Shown here in pieces: positions 10,801-19,143 of a stretch of DNA of 64,000 nt. This stretch comes from a virus, in IMG/VR virus record IMGVR_UViG_3300045988_019905. One strand, 5' to 3'. Every line of letters starts with the position of its first letter. Position 1 is the stretch's first letter. The notes under the pieces were generated by a model. It was not told the DNA's origin and did no database searches. It saw nothing but the letters and a program-made list of their open reading frames with translations. Both the position numbers and the translations under genes were made by a program.

Positions 10801-13800
10801 ATAAATATATCGAATACTTCTAAGTTCTTGAGGAAGTATCTCATCAATTATGTCGGTCGGATAACCTTGACTAATAAGGTCATCTTTGATAGCAGAATAT
10901 TGTGCATCATAATCAAGTGTAACAAGATTTTCATCAGTGTTACTAAGAAACTTATCAAGAAGATAAGCATTAATTTCAGAAGAAGCATTAAATTGTCTTT
11001 CTTGAGCAGCTTCTTGTTGAGCAAGTATAGAATGTAGTTCAGCATCAGCAGTATCTTCAGTTACAGGAGCAACAATTTCTGGGGGAGTTTCTTCTCTACC
11101 CCCCGTAGGTGTGGAAGTATCAGGCTTAACTTCTTCGGGCTGTTCAGGTTCAGTAGGAGCTTCTTCTGTATTCTGAGCAACAACTGGAGGAGTTTGTACT
11201 GGTTGATTATTAACAGTAGCAGCAGGTTGTTGTCCTTTCTGTCTTGCTTTAAGTCTTGCGTGACGACTAATAACATCTACAATAGGTTCAGATGATTCAT
11301 CAAACAGATTAAGGTCACGGTTTATTCTATCAAGTTCGTCCTTAACATTATCACTAAGATTTACACCTGTATTGCCAGATAAATAATCAAGAACATCATC
11401 AATATCATTAGAGTCAAAAGCATTATCAAGTCTTTGAAGAGTATCTTTGAAAGCTTCATCTTCTGTAACTTTAAATATATTCTCAATATACTTAGCTCTA
11501 TCTCTAATTTCTTTATTTGTTTCAGCAATATCACTACTAACCAAAGTTTTTCTTCGGTCTGCCATACTACGTCCAATTACAGCAGTAGCAATATTTTTAT
11601 CTATATCATTAAGTTCTCTATAAGCATTAATATCACGAGCTTCATTATACATAGCATTAAATGCTGTTTCATCAGCAGCATTAACAGACTTAAGAAACGC
11701 TTGTTTCTTCTTATTTATACGACGAGCAATATGTCCATGTTCGAGTTTATTAATTTTCTTATCTCTAAGATTCTTATCATTAAGAGTAAGTTGTTGATTA
11801 AGATAATTAAGTTCTTGATTAATACCCTCAAGATTAATAACTCTATTAAGTTCTCCAACACGAAGTTTAGCGTTCTCATCTGTTATATCATTAAGTGCTC
11901 GATTATAATCAGAAGTATAACCGTCTATTATACGTTGTTCAGCTTTAGTAGCTAATTTATTATATGTATTCTCCTTAGCAATTCTACCAGCAATATTAGC
12001 GTCTTTAGCGTCATTATTAATAGCTTTATTAAGTTCAGTTTCATACATCTCTGAAACTTCAGCCATCTTAGCAACCGTATTTGCCATAAATTGTTTAGAT
12101 TCTCCTTGTTCAATAGCATCACTCTTATCCATATATTGAGCAGTATCTTCTGACATTAGAAAATCTTTAAGCAAATCATAGTTACCTTTGTCAATAGCAT
12201 TAATTGTTAAATCTGTTATTAACTTTTCAGTTTCAGTTTGTTTAAGAGCTTCACGTTCAGTATCACTTATTTCTTCATAAGCGTTAGTACCATCAGCATT
12301 TTGAATAACATTCCCACTATCGTCAAGTATAGGACTATTAGGATTAAGATTATTATTCAAGATAGCCATATTATTTACATATCTATCAAGAAGAGCAGCA
12401 CGACTATCAATTTCAGCTTTACGACTTTCTGTTAGAACATCTTTGTTCTTAGTAACATATTTAGCCCATTGTCTTGTAGCAGCACTACCTATTCCTTGAA
12501 AAGCAACTCCACCAAGCCATCCCCAAAATGCTTGTTCCCACATTTGTGGGTCTTGAAGATAATCAGTATAAACACGAGATTGATAAGCATCATTAAGCAT
12601 AGCACGACCTTTATCAACTCCGGCTTGTTGTTGTACATATTGCCAACCCTCTTCAAATCCTTCACTACCCTCACGAACAACATTAAGAAGAGTTTCTTTA
12701 TCAGGAACTTGTAGAAACTTTTTAATACCAGTAGGCGATTGAATTTCTCTACCAACTAATCGAGCGGCAGCTTGTTCATTTGCTTTTCTCAAAGTTTTAT
12801 TGGTAGCCATATTCTTAGCACCTTTCCAAATATTCTTTAGTCCTTTGAGCTGCCAAGCATCTAATAACATAAGCCACATATCATTCGTGAAAGTATCATC
12901 AGCAGATTCACCAGATACATATTTAGCAATTTCGTCATCACTAAGTCCACGAAGTTTAGGATTATTCTCATATAGAGTTTCTCTGTCTTTATCAGACATA
13001 GTAGCTAATCGTTCCTTAGCTTCATCATAAACTTGTGTATAAGTATCACGAGCTTCTATATAGTTTTCAGCAACTCTACTTGCAGCAGCAGTACCTAAAA
13101 TCTCACTTCCAGTTTCTGCCATCTTACCCCAAGTATTAGGTCTACCAAATGGTGTACCAGCAACTTTACCGATACCACGAGCAAGACGTCCCATACCTAA
13201 TACTTTACCAAGTTTAGAAACAGCAGTACCGGGAATAAGAAGACTCAAAGTAGAAGCTATACTAACAGCATTACCAAGCCACCAACCTGTATCTCCAAAA
13301 TCAAAATTTTCATCAGGATTAGTACGATAGATTTCAAATCTTTCACGAATAGCATCTTGCCATTCAGCAAGTTGAGAACTAACAGGATTTGTATAATCGT
13401 CATCAGAAACTCCTATAAGTTGCCCAGCAGCATCAACCAAATCACTAAATCCACGAAGAGTACCAAGAACAACTTCAGAACCAACAGCTTGCCCAACAAA
13501 TCTACCGGTTTGCTCAAGTACTCCTTGATTTTCTGCACGTTCTTTATTTAATTCTTCTTCAGTATTATAAGGATTAACATAAACATTATAAGGAGTATAT
13601 TTATCTACATCATATTGATTAAGATTATAAATACCTTTAGCAAGTGTACGTCCTAAAACAGAACGACCCTCGTCACTAATAGAAGTGCCGGGGTTATAAT
13701 CTGTAATAGTAGGGGGCTGAAGTGCCCCCTTTTTAGTCTTAGGATTATAGTCAGGATTATCTCTAACGTTTCCTTCTTGTGCAAACTTTAGTATATCCAT
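7891..13800 (-). CDS. Giant virion (cargo or ejection-type) protein, 1969 aa, with an HExxH zincin-like motif
   Basis: Seen: ATG at 13800 and stop at 7891. The 1969-aa ORF abuts the upstream gene directly. The motif ...RVLAHEQLHKRIY... (HEQLH) is encoded at 8629-8643. There are long coiled-coil-like stretches and a hydrophobic segment (WWLGNAVSIASTLSLLIPG). Inference: the size and the position next to the RNAP resemble the packaged giant proteins of crAss-like phages. Peptidase activity is unproven. Confidence 0.7.
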   Translation of the reverse strand: MDILKFAQEGNVRDNPDYNPKTKKGALQPPTITDYNPGTSISDEGRSVLGRTLAKGIYNLNQYDVDKYTPYNVYVNPYNTEEELNKERAENQGVLEQTGRFVGQAVGSEVVLGTLRGFSDLVDAAGQLIGVSDDDYTNPVSSQLAEWQDAIRERFEIYRTNPDENFDFGDTGWWLGNAVSIASTLSLLIPGTAVSKLGKVLGMGRLARGIGKVAGTPFGRPNTWGKMAETGSEILGTAAASRVAENYIEARDTYTQVYDEAKERLATMSDKDRETLYENNPKLRGLSDDEIAKYVSGESADDTFTNDMWLMLLDAWQLKGLKNIWKGAKNMATNKTLRKANEQAAARLVGREIQSPTGIKKFLQVPDKETLLNVVREGSEGFEEGWQYVQQQAGVDKGRAMLNDAYQSRVYTDYLQDPQMWEQAFWGWLGGVAFQGIGSAATRQWAKYVTKNKDVLTESRKAEIDSRAALLDRYVNNMAILNNNLNPNSPILDDSGNVIQNADGTNAYEEISDTEREALKQTETEKLITDLTINAIDKGNYDLLKDFLMSEDTAQYMDKSDAIEQGESKQFMANTVAKMAEVSEMYETELNKAINNDAKDANIAGRIAKENTYNKLATKAEQRIIDGYTSDYNRALNDITDENAKLRVGELNRVINLEGINQELNYLNQQLTLNDKNLRDKKINKLEHGHIARRINKKKQAFLKSVNAADETAFNAMYNEARDINAYRELNDIDKNIATAVIGRSMADRRKTLVSSDIAETNKEIRDRAKYIENIFKVTEDEAFKDTLQRLDNAFDSNDIDDVLDYLSGNTGVNLSDNVKDELDRINRDLNLFDESSEPIVDVISRHARLKARQKGQQPAATVNNQPVQTPPVVAQNTEEAPTEPEQPEEVKPDTSTPTGGREETPPEIVAPVTEDTADAELHSILAQQEAAQERQFNASSEINAYLLDKFLSNTDENLVTLDYDAQYSAIKDDLISQGYPTDIIDEILPQELRSIRYIYNSVQEMNNGEHASSIDFVIAKLMTADEANRAEYFRNLIDIYKADNNILSIGGKDYFNIISLMRFAINESNATFETVNKLYNDLSAYLVSGVDENLINISPRDVALSREKLMELVQDQERENPELDNNIGVRTDNDFGKQALASLAVGQPLIPVVKSQGVEFWTTVNSPAGPIDAKIGFNSRAKRTADNDGYIFDNGYLTYEIRYNEDGYSSTLDDLFDQLNPQNGVLSEEAKEFIDALYKNKAGRLTQEDIDKFWNNSLTKELLNQVKNKNTNNDNAVRLLRSIGSVYLYNVSDNLDANYQSYVDWIAKQYNNYKMVDNIIDNQDNIKITVKYISRGEAIFGDDVTPAAIDKAIVGFNYDDIHLGAIAADGEIHDITNGTVRIKAGFKNRNMVVIVPNGTNEPFYAKVIPQAVNYNNGLGAAIRDEVLNSIRERQQGNITFEELKDRLMSIFGVKNFIDGVNCIEYNNRIIITTAGSDIPMITIYKFKNDSTDLGTGITLNPTQVSGAGVGRTGWGGTLETELADVVNKLLDSSVYSMSHGIARGTDSNRYVKHEDNGSLTVTFGDKSYNYGNYLDYIIKNGTGKIRLGKTNIGGYESNFRPNPKDDSAKQKVRIEYEVLRPVEDAETARQAAINALEQRGDQDNVPTNDIIKATAPEFLTAADKAILDEILPANVSIDTFNDNTDYAVYHTADGSITLFKPFFNLARGSQYKAVRVLAHEQLHKRIYDNGIMQSQIFIDEISAIRDAFINALNNPDAYPDFTKHIQDNLYDRDNYIAQLRKVVDPASFPNKDYTYMLEEFIVESLTNNVLNEALNNISSTKKVTADVKRPNLWQKIIELIRQLFGFNKIKDNTLLAQELRAFGKKFKDIKSVEEKLIQDDVNNKVEEPTPPITTVINEQESTAAELSQQADDTMGLDVDISDMFSSIDITGDNLSVPNMASIRTGLTAAERTEFDRSLAAGETKIYCL
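8920..8938 (-). repeat. Copy of the GC-rich dispersed motif
   Basis: Seen: the minus strand reads CCCCGTAGAGGATGCAGAG. Sense orientation in the 1969-aa CDS, translated ...VLRPVEDAETA... Confidence 0.8.
11099..11117 (+). repeat. Copy of the GC-rich dispersed motif
   Basis: Seen: the plus strand reads CCCCCCGTAGGTGTGGAAG. Antisense orientation in the 1969-aa CDS, translated ...DTSTPTGGREE... It is preceded by GGGGGAG at 11081-11087, which can pair with the C-run. Confidence 0.75.
13712..13734 (+). terminator. GC hairpin plus T5 on the antisense strand, inside the 5' end of the 1969-aa gene
   Basis: Seen: GGGGGC-tgaagt-GCCCCC followed by TTTTT on the plus strand. It lies within codons for ...KKGALQPPT... 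of the minus-strand gene. Inference: it has the form of an intrinsic terminator for rightward (antisense) transcription. Confidence 0.35.
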
Positions 13801-16425
13801 TTATTTACCTGTTATATTATTAATTAATTGTTGGTAGTAATAAGCAACAATAGATTCGTTATTACCACTTCCAGTAATTTCAGCTAAAGTATGAGCAGTC
13901 TGTTCAGCAATAGCACTAATAGCTTTAGGTTGAACCTGAACTCCAGCTTGAACAGCATTGAATATATCATTCCATTTATAATAAGCATCTCTTAAATCAA
14001 CAGCCGTTTCATTAGAAACAGTACCTAAAGATTTATTATCAGTCTTATTAACAACTTCAAATCCATTACCAACAGGAACCATAGTTACTTTATCAATATT
14101 AGCAAAAGCTGAAGCATTGGTTAAGTTAATATTACGACCAGCAGCGCCGTAAACATTTACATCATTCTTAGCTTTAAATGTTGTATCACGATTCCAACTT
14201 TCAACAGCAGCACTATTAAAACCACCAGGAGCATATAGAGTAACAGGAGTATGCTTTTCTTTATCTCCTTCATATTCTCCACGAATAGTAATTTGAGGAC
14301 TCCATTGACCAGTCTGCGGGTCTTGTACAGCCATAACACTAATATCTTGCGGTTTAGCACTACGCAAACGAGCTGTTAGAATCTTACGGTCTTCACTTGA
14401 AACATTCTCAAACATATTATTGTCACCAACAACTAAAGCTCCGGTTTGAGTTAAATCAATACCTTGAATCGCAGCCATAGCTTCATCAGTTTCAAGTTTA
14501 TAAGCAGTAGAAAGTTTACCAGCAGCTTCTGGATTAGCTTTCATCATAAAAGCAAGTTCAGCAGCATTAGCACTTGGTTGTGTAATAACACTTTGTCCAA
14601 GCTGTAACATTCCACCTTTCAACATCTCGTCGTTCTTCTTCTTCATACTATCTACTTTTCTTATAAGTCCCTCAAAGACATTATCTCCTTGAGAACTCCT
14701 ACTTGTAGATGTAAGCCAAGCAGTACCTTGATAAGATTGTGATTCTGTAATAGGTTCTTCTTCACCATTAGCACTAACACGAACTACATTGTCGCCCCAT
14801 TTACTATTAACAAGACCTTTACCAAGTTGCCATATTTTACCAACAAGACTTCTCTTATTAATAGCATCAGTAGAGGCTTTAGCAAAACTATAAAGACTTC
14901 TATTATTATCACGAGGAAGTTCAACATATTTCTTACCGTCTTTACTACCAAATTTAATACCTAATGCTTCGGCTTTCTTTTCACCACCAACATTAGCAAT
15001 AAATTCATCATATATATCATCGTCTGCAAAGTATTGACGAATAGCTTGACCGTTACTACCATATAAATTATTAACACGAGTAGCATAATCTTTAGCATAT
15101 TTATTGTTCTCAACAGACGGTAAATCGCTCATACTAACAATAGCATTATATGTATCAAATGCATTTGCTATATCAGGGTCTTGACCAGCTTTAAGAGTAT
15201 TCAGATATTCTTGATTATCTTGGATAGTTTCAAGATTCTGTAAAGCTCTAAGCTTTTCCATTGGGTCAGTAATATTATCAGTAATAAGTTTCTTAATAGC
15301 ATCATTAGTCTGACCATCAAGATTAAATTCAAGATTAGGATTAGCTCCTTTAAGTAAGTTAGCAAGACTCTGTTTACTTGATGTTATATCGGCTTGAGCT
15401 TTAGATGGAACAAAATTCTCAATACGAACAGGGTTTGTGGTAGTACTAAGAATATCAGCTCCGCGAGGATTACCTTCAGCAGCTTGTTTGTTAGCAAGAG
15501 CTAATTGTGCTTTCCAAGCTTCACCATATTTAGTATCAGAAGTTTGATTATAATAAGTAGCAGCTTTATAAAACGGGTCAACTCTCTTAGTCAGATATTG
15601 TTCCGGAGTAAGAAGAATACCATCTTTATCTGTTATATCAGGATTATTACCACCACTCTTATCATATTTCCATTTAGCAATCTTATAATCTTGTTCAAGA
15701 CTTGCTTTAGCTCCAGGAGTATTTTCAATTACAGCAGAAACAGCAGCAGCAAGTTTATCTTTACTAAGACGTTCCCAACGATTACTACTTGATGAATAAA
15801 TTTCACCGGTAACTGATTTAGTAATATCATTAGTAACTTTACCTTGAGCATCAAGCCATCTTGTTTGACTACCTCCACCAGATTCTTTGGCTGCCCATTT
15901 AAGAGCTTGGTCAAGAATTTGATTCATTGGAACAGTACTAACTTCTTGGTCAGTAGGTTGCCATTTACTTCCACCAATAATATTTCCTTTATCATCAGTA
16001 ACATCCTTATAATTATACTTATTCATTTCTTTGTAATAAGCTTTATAATCTTCAGGAATATCAGTACGTTTATCAAGATTATCAATATATTTTTTATAAT
16101 CCTGTTGAGCACGAAGTCTACCAATCATACCCGGATTAGACATTATAGCACCATTTTCACGAATAACATCATCTAATGCACCGTAAGCATTACCGTAAGT
16201 GCTGTTATCTGTAACAGCACTCCTTATCTTATTAACTTGTTGTTGTCTCCATTCATCTTCTGCCTCATTTAAATCAAGTTTAGCAAGTTCAGCTTGAACG
16301 GCAGATGCTGTATCAATAGCTTTAAGATGACCTTGTTCAAGAGTATCATAAGCTTTACCAGCAACATCCAAATTAACTGGATTAACAACAGGTCTAAATA
16401 CCTGATTAAATTCCTCTATTGGCAT
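13801..16425 (-). CDS. Large virion protein (874 aa), function unknown
   Basis: Seen: the track ORF 13801-16434 begins at a TTG. The first ATG is at 16425 (MPIEEFNQ...), 12 nt after the stop of the upstream gene. The stop is immediately followed by the ATG of the next gene. Inference: membership of the giant virion-protein block. Confidence 0.7.
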   Translation of the reverse strand: MPIEEFNQVFRPVVNPVNLDVAGKAYDTLEQGHLKAIDTASAVQAELAKLDLNEAEDEWRQQQVNKIRSAVTDNSTYGNAYGALDDVIRENGAIMSNPGMIGRLRAQQDYKKYIDNLDKRTDIPEDYKAYYKEMNKYNYKDVTDDKGNIIGGSKWQPTDQEVSTVPMNQILDQALKWAAKESGGGSQTRWLDAQGKVTNDITKSVTGEIYSSSSNRWERLSKDKLAAAVSAVIENTPGAKASLEQDYKIAKWKYDKSGGNNPDITDKDGILLTPEQYLTKRVDPFYKAATYYNQTSDTKYGEAWKAQLALANKQAAEGNPRGADILSTTTNPVRIENFVPSKAQADITSSKQSLANLLKGANPNLEFNLDGQTNDAIKKLITDNITDPMEKLRALQNLETIQDNQEYLNTLKAGQDPDIANAFDTYNAIVSMSDLPSVENNKYAKDYATRVNNLYGSNGQAIRQYFADDDIYDEFIANVGGEKKAEALGIKFGSKDGKKYVELPRDNNRSLYSFAKASTDAINKRSLVGKIWQLGKGLVNSKWGDNVVRVSANGEEEPITESQSYQGTAWLTSTSRSSQGDNVFEGLIRKVDSMKKKNDEMLKGGMLQLGQSVITQPSANAAELAFMMKANPEAAGKLSTAYKLETDEAMAAIQGIDLTQTGALVVGDNNMFENVSSEDRKILTARLRSAKPQDISVMAVQDPQTGQWSPQITIRGEYEGDKEKHTPVTLYAPGGFNSAAVESWNRDTTFKAKNDVNVYGAAGRNINLTNASAFANIDKVTMVPVGNGFEVVNKTDNKSLGTVSNETAVDLRDAYYKWNDIFNAVQAGVQVQPKAISAIAEQTAHTLAEITGSGNNESIVAYYYQQLINNITGK

Positions 16426-16436
16426 AATTATCAATA

Positions 16437-18395
16437 TTAAAATGTAACACCTTTACTTGTAAACAATCTACGGTCAACATTAGGATGTGTAGCATCATAG
16501 ATACCAAGAGTATTATTATAATTTCTACGATTTTCAATACGACTAAGCATATCTTGAAGTCCAGCATTAATACCACTAAACATATTATTAAGAGAACTTG
16601 CTTTCTGTTCACGAATACTATTACGGAAAGCGGCACTACGATTCTGCCAATCGTTCATAGCAGCAACATTAGTAGCTCTAACACCTTGCTTATTCAATCT
16701 ATCTTGATTAATAAGTTGTGTTTCAATGTTCTCTTTTTGTCCACGAAGACTGTTCTTAGAAGTTTGTGCTTGATTACGAGTTCTTTGAAGTCTTTGTAGA
16801 CGAGTTCTACTACTTGAAGTATTAGCATTAATATCAGTAGCCATACGACGAGCATTCTCTTCAATCTCTCCAAGTTGTGGACTAATGTTAAAATCAGTTT
16901 TAAGATTAGACGCTACAACAGAATTAGGTTGAGGAGGAGCTTCCATATTATTAAGTGCTTTACGAGTATTAATACCGCTTGCAATAGTACCAGCAAGATT
17001 AGCACCAAGACCTATAATATCATTAGTGTCAAGTTTATCAAATAAAGCAAGTCTCTTACGAGGAGAACTAATAGTATCAGGAACGCCAGCATTAGTACTT
17101 GCGCCATCAACAGTACGAGTAGGTATCGTAGTTGGAATATTTCTTGATAAAGTAGGAAGTCCTTGCATCATACTATCAAGACTTGCAAATTTAGGAGCAG
17201 CAGTAGGTGTAGCAGTAGCAGAAGTTTTAGTAGTTTTGCTACTTCCACTTCTCCTACGGGGGGCAGAACTTGTAGCAGGTTTAGATGTCTTAGTTGCAGC
17301 TGTAGTAGCAGGAGCTTCTTCAATAGGAGTAACTCTTGTCTGTGGAGCACTATTTGTACTTCTTGTTCCAGTATTTCTGTTACCACCACTATAAGTTCCA
17401 GGAGTAAATTCAGGAACTTCTAACATATTTCTAAAGTCAGTTCTTGCACCTTTAGCGTCTCTACTTGCAGCATCAGTAACTTGTTTACGTTGTGCAGCAG
17501 CATCTCTTGCATAACTTGAAGCATCAGGATAACGAGTATCATAACTACCACGTCTAACAGTAAATCCTCTATTAGAACCAGAATTATTTTTACTACGACT
17601 TCCAGCACTATTTCCAGTTGCTCTATATTGAACAGGATTAAAAGGTTCTATAAAATTATTACCTTTTGGAATAGAACTATTAGCAACAGAAGCTTTAGCA
17701 TCACGTTTAGCAGCAGCTCGTACTTGTCTATCAGATTTACGAGCAGCAGCACCACGACCATCAAGTAATCTACTATTAGGAACATCATCGTCAATAGGTA
17801 GATAAGCAGTTTCGCCAAATTCATCATTAGTAACTTGATAAAGTTGTCCGTTCATAACAACATAATCTTTATCTCTCTTATCAGTACCAAGTGCAGCTTT
17901 TTTCCTACCCCCCGTAGGAGAAGGAAAAGGAACGTCTCCTACGAGCTTATCAATAACATTACCATTAACAGTAACAAAACCACCAGCAGCTTTTCTATTT
18001 TTATTAGGAACTAAACCAAGTTCTTCATCTATCTCAGTATTAGTTCTTCTACGAATCTTAACTTTACCACCCATACGTTTTTTACTTCCATCGTCATTAA
18101 TTCCATTTACATCTTTAAATGTTTCTTGTGCTTGAAACACTTTATCAGGATTAGCACCACCCATTACAAGTTTAGCAGGACTATTACCATTAATAATAGG
18201 TTGAGCACTAAATACTCTTAGACTATCTGGTCGTGTTTCGACAATCTCTCCATCTTCGACTTCTAAACCAGTCTTAGGATTCTTGCCAATATCAATACCA
18301 CCTTGAGAGTGTTTACGACCATTCATATAGTAAAGATTACCACCAATGTTAGTTGCTTTACCACCTCTAACTACATTTGGTTTAATTTTAGTCAT
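16437..18395 (-). CDS. Low-complexity basic virion protein rich in S/T/A/R (652 aa)
   Basis: Seen: ATG at 18395. The central ~300 aa are compositionally biased (…TKTSKPATSSAPRRRSGSSKTTKTSATATPTAAPK…). The gene carries two inverted copies of the GC-rich motif. Confidence 0.7.
   Translation of the reverse strand: MTKIKPNVVRGGKATNIGGNLYYMNGRKHSQGGIDIGKNPKTGLEVEDGEIVETRPDSLRVFSAQPIINGNSPAKLVMGGANPDKVFQAQETFKDVNGINDDGSKKRMGGKVKIRRRTNTEIDEELGLVPNKNRKAAGGFVTVNGNVIDKLVGDVPFPSPTGGRKKAALGTDKRDKDYVVMNGQLYQVTNDEFGETAYLPIDDDVPNSRLLDGRGAAARKSDRQVRAAAKRDAKASVANSSIPKGNNFIEPFNPVQYRATGNSAGSRSKNNSGSNRGFTVRRGSYDTRYPDASSYARDAAAQRKQVTDAASRDAKGARTDFRNMLEVPEFTPGTYSGGNRNTGTRSTNSAPQTRVTPIEEAPATTAATKTSKPATSSAPRRRSGSSKTTKTSATATPTAAPKFASLDSMMQGLPTLSRNIPTTIPTRTVDGASTNAGVPDTISSPRKRLALFDKLDTNDIIGLGANLAGTIASGINTRKALNNMEAPPQPNSVVASNLKTDFNISPQLGEIEENARRMATDINANTSSSRTRLQRLQRTRNQAQTSKNSLRGQKENIETQLINQDRLNKQGVRATNVAAMNDWQNRSAAFRNSIREQKASSLNNMFSGINAGLQDMLSRIENRRNYNNTLGIYDATHPNVDRRLFTSKGVTF
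17252..17273 (-). repeat. Copy of the GC-rich dispersed motif
   Basis: Seen: the minus strand reads CCCCCCGTAGGAGAAGTGGAAG. Sense orientation in the 652-aa CDS in a different frame from other sense copies, translated ...SSAPRRRSGS... Confidence 0.8.
17908..17930 (+). repeat. Copy of the GC-rich dispersed motif
   Basis: Seen: the plus strand reads CCCCCCGTAGGAGAAGGAAAAGG. Antisense orientation in the same 652-aa CDS, translated ...PSPTGGRKK... Its first 16 nt are a perfect inverted repeat of 17258-17273. Confidence 0.8.
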
Positions 18396-18533
18396 CTTAT
18401 AATATTATTATATAATTATAGCATTTCAGCCGTTTTAAGGCTTGCTGTGAGACTTTCTGCCAAAGTAATACTATTAATCACTTCGCATACTAAAGTCCAA
18501 CAGGCAAGCGGAAAAGCGGCTCTATGGCTGTGT

Positions 18534-19142
18534 TCAGCTCTTTTTCTTACCACCGCACGCCATAACAGATATAGGCTTACGACCACCATAACGTTTAACT
18601 GGTTGAAGTCTTGTAGGAAGAGTTTGTCTATAATCATTAGTATTAATACCAATAGGACCAGCAAGAGGAGCTGCAAGAGTTTCTTGCTTCTTTTGTTCAT
18701 TCTTCTGTATCATACGATTGGTATATCCACCTTTAATAGCACCGCCAACAGCATTACCAATAGAAGCACCAATACCGCTTATTCCTTGAACACCAGTAGC
18801 TCCTTCGACTAAACTACCAATTCCAGATACAGTACCGGAGATAACATCTCCCCAACCGCCCCAAGCTTTTCTATTCTTATATTTAGTAATACCACCATAT
18901 TTTTGAAGTCTTGCTTCAAATTCTTCACCAGCGCCACCATCATCATAAGAGGCAAGAGCTTCATTAATAGCATTAGCTTCTTGAATTCTTTTATCATATT
19001 CTTTGTTGCGCTTTTCAATTGCAGCTTGACGTTTAGCTTCTCTCTTTTTCTTAGCACCTCCAATAAGTCCACCAGCAATACTAAGACCAGCTCCAATAAT
19101 AGCTCCTATAAAAGCTTTACGTCTTTTATATTTCTTTTCCAT
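18534..19142 (-). CDS. Small Gly-rich protein with an N-terminal hydrophobic segment (202 aa)
   Basis: Seen: the track ORF starts at a TTG (19166). The first ATG is at 19142 (MEKKYKRRKAFIGAIIGAGLSIAGGLIGG...), 1 nt after the stop of the upstream gene. Glycine-zipper-like runs are present. Confidence 0.6.
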   Translation of the reverse strand: MEKKYKRRKAFIGAIIGAGLSIAGGLIGGAKKKREAKRQAAIEKRNKEYDKRIQEANAINEALASYDDGGAGEEFEARLQKYGGITKYKNRKAWGGWGDVISGTVSGIGSLVEGATGVQGISGIGASIGNAVGGAIKGGYTNRMIQKNEQKKQETLAAPLAGPIGINTNDYRQTLPTRLQPVKRYGGRKPISVMACGGKKKS

Positions 19143-19143
19143 A

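Noticed and set aside
17026-17423. Plus- and minus-strand ORFs with Ala/Leu/Val-rich or Ser/Arg-rich translations lie inside the 652-aa gene.
   Set aside because: They are off-frame readings of a locally GC-richer, compositionally biased coding segment.
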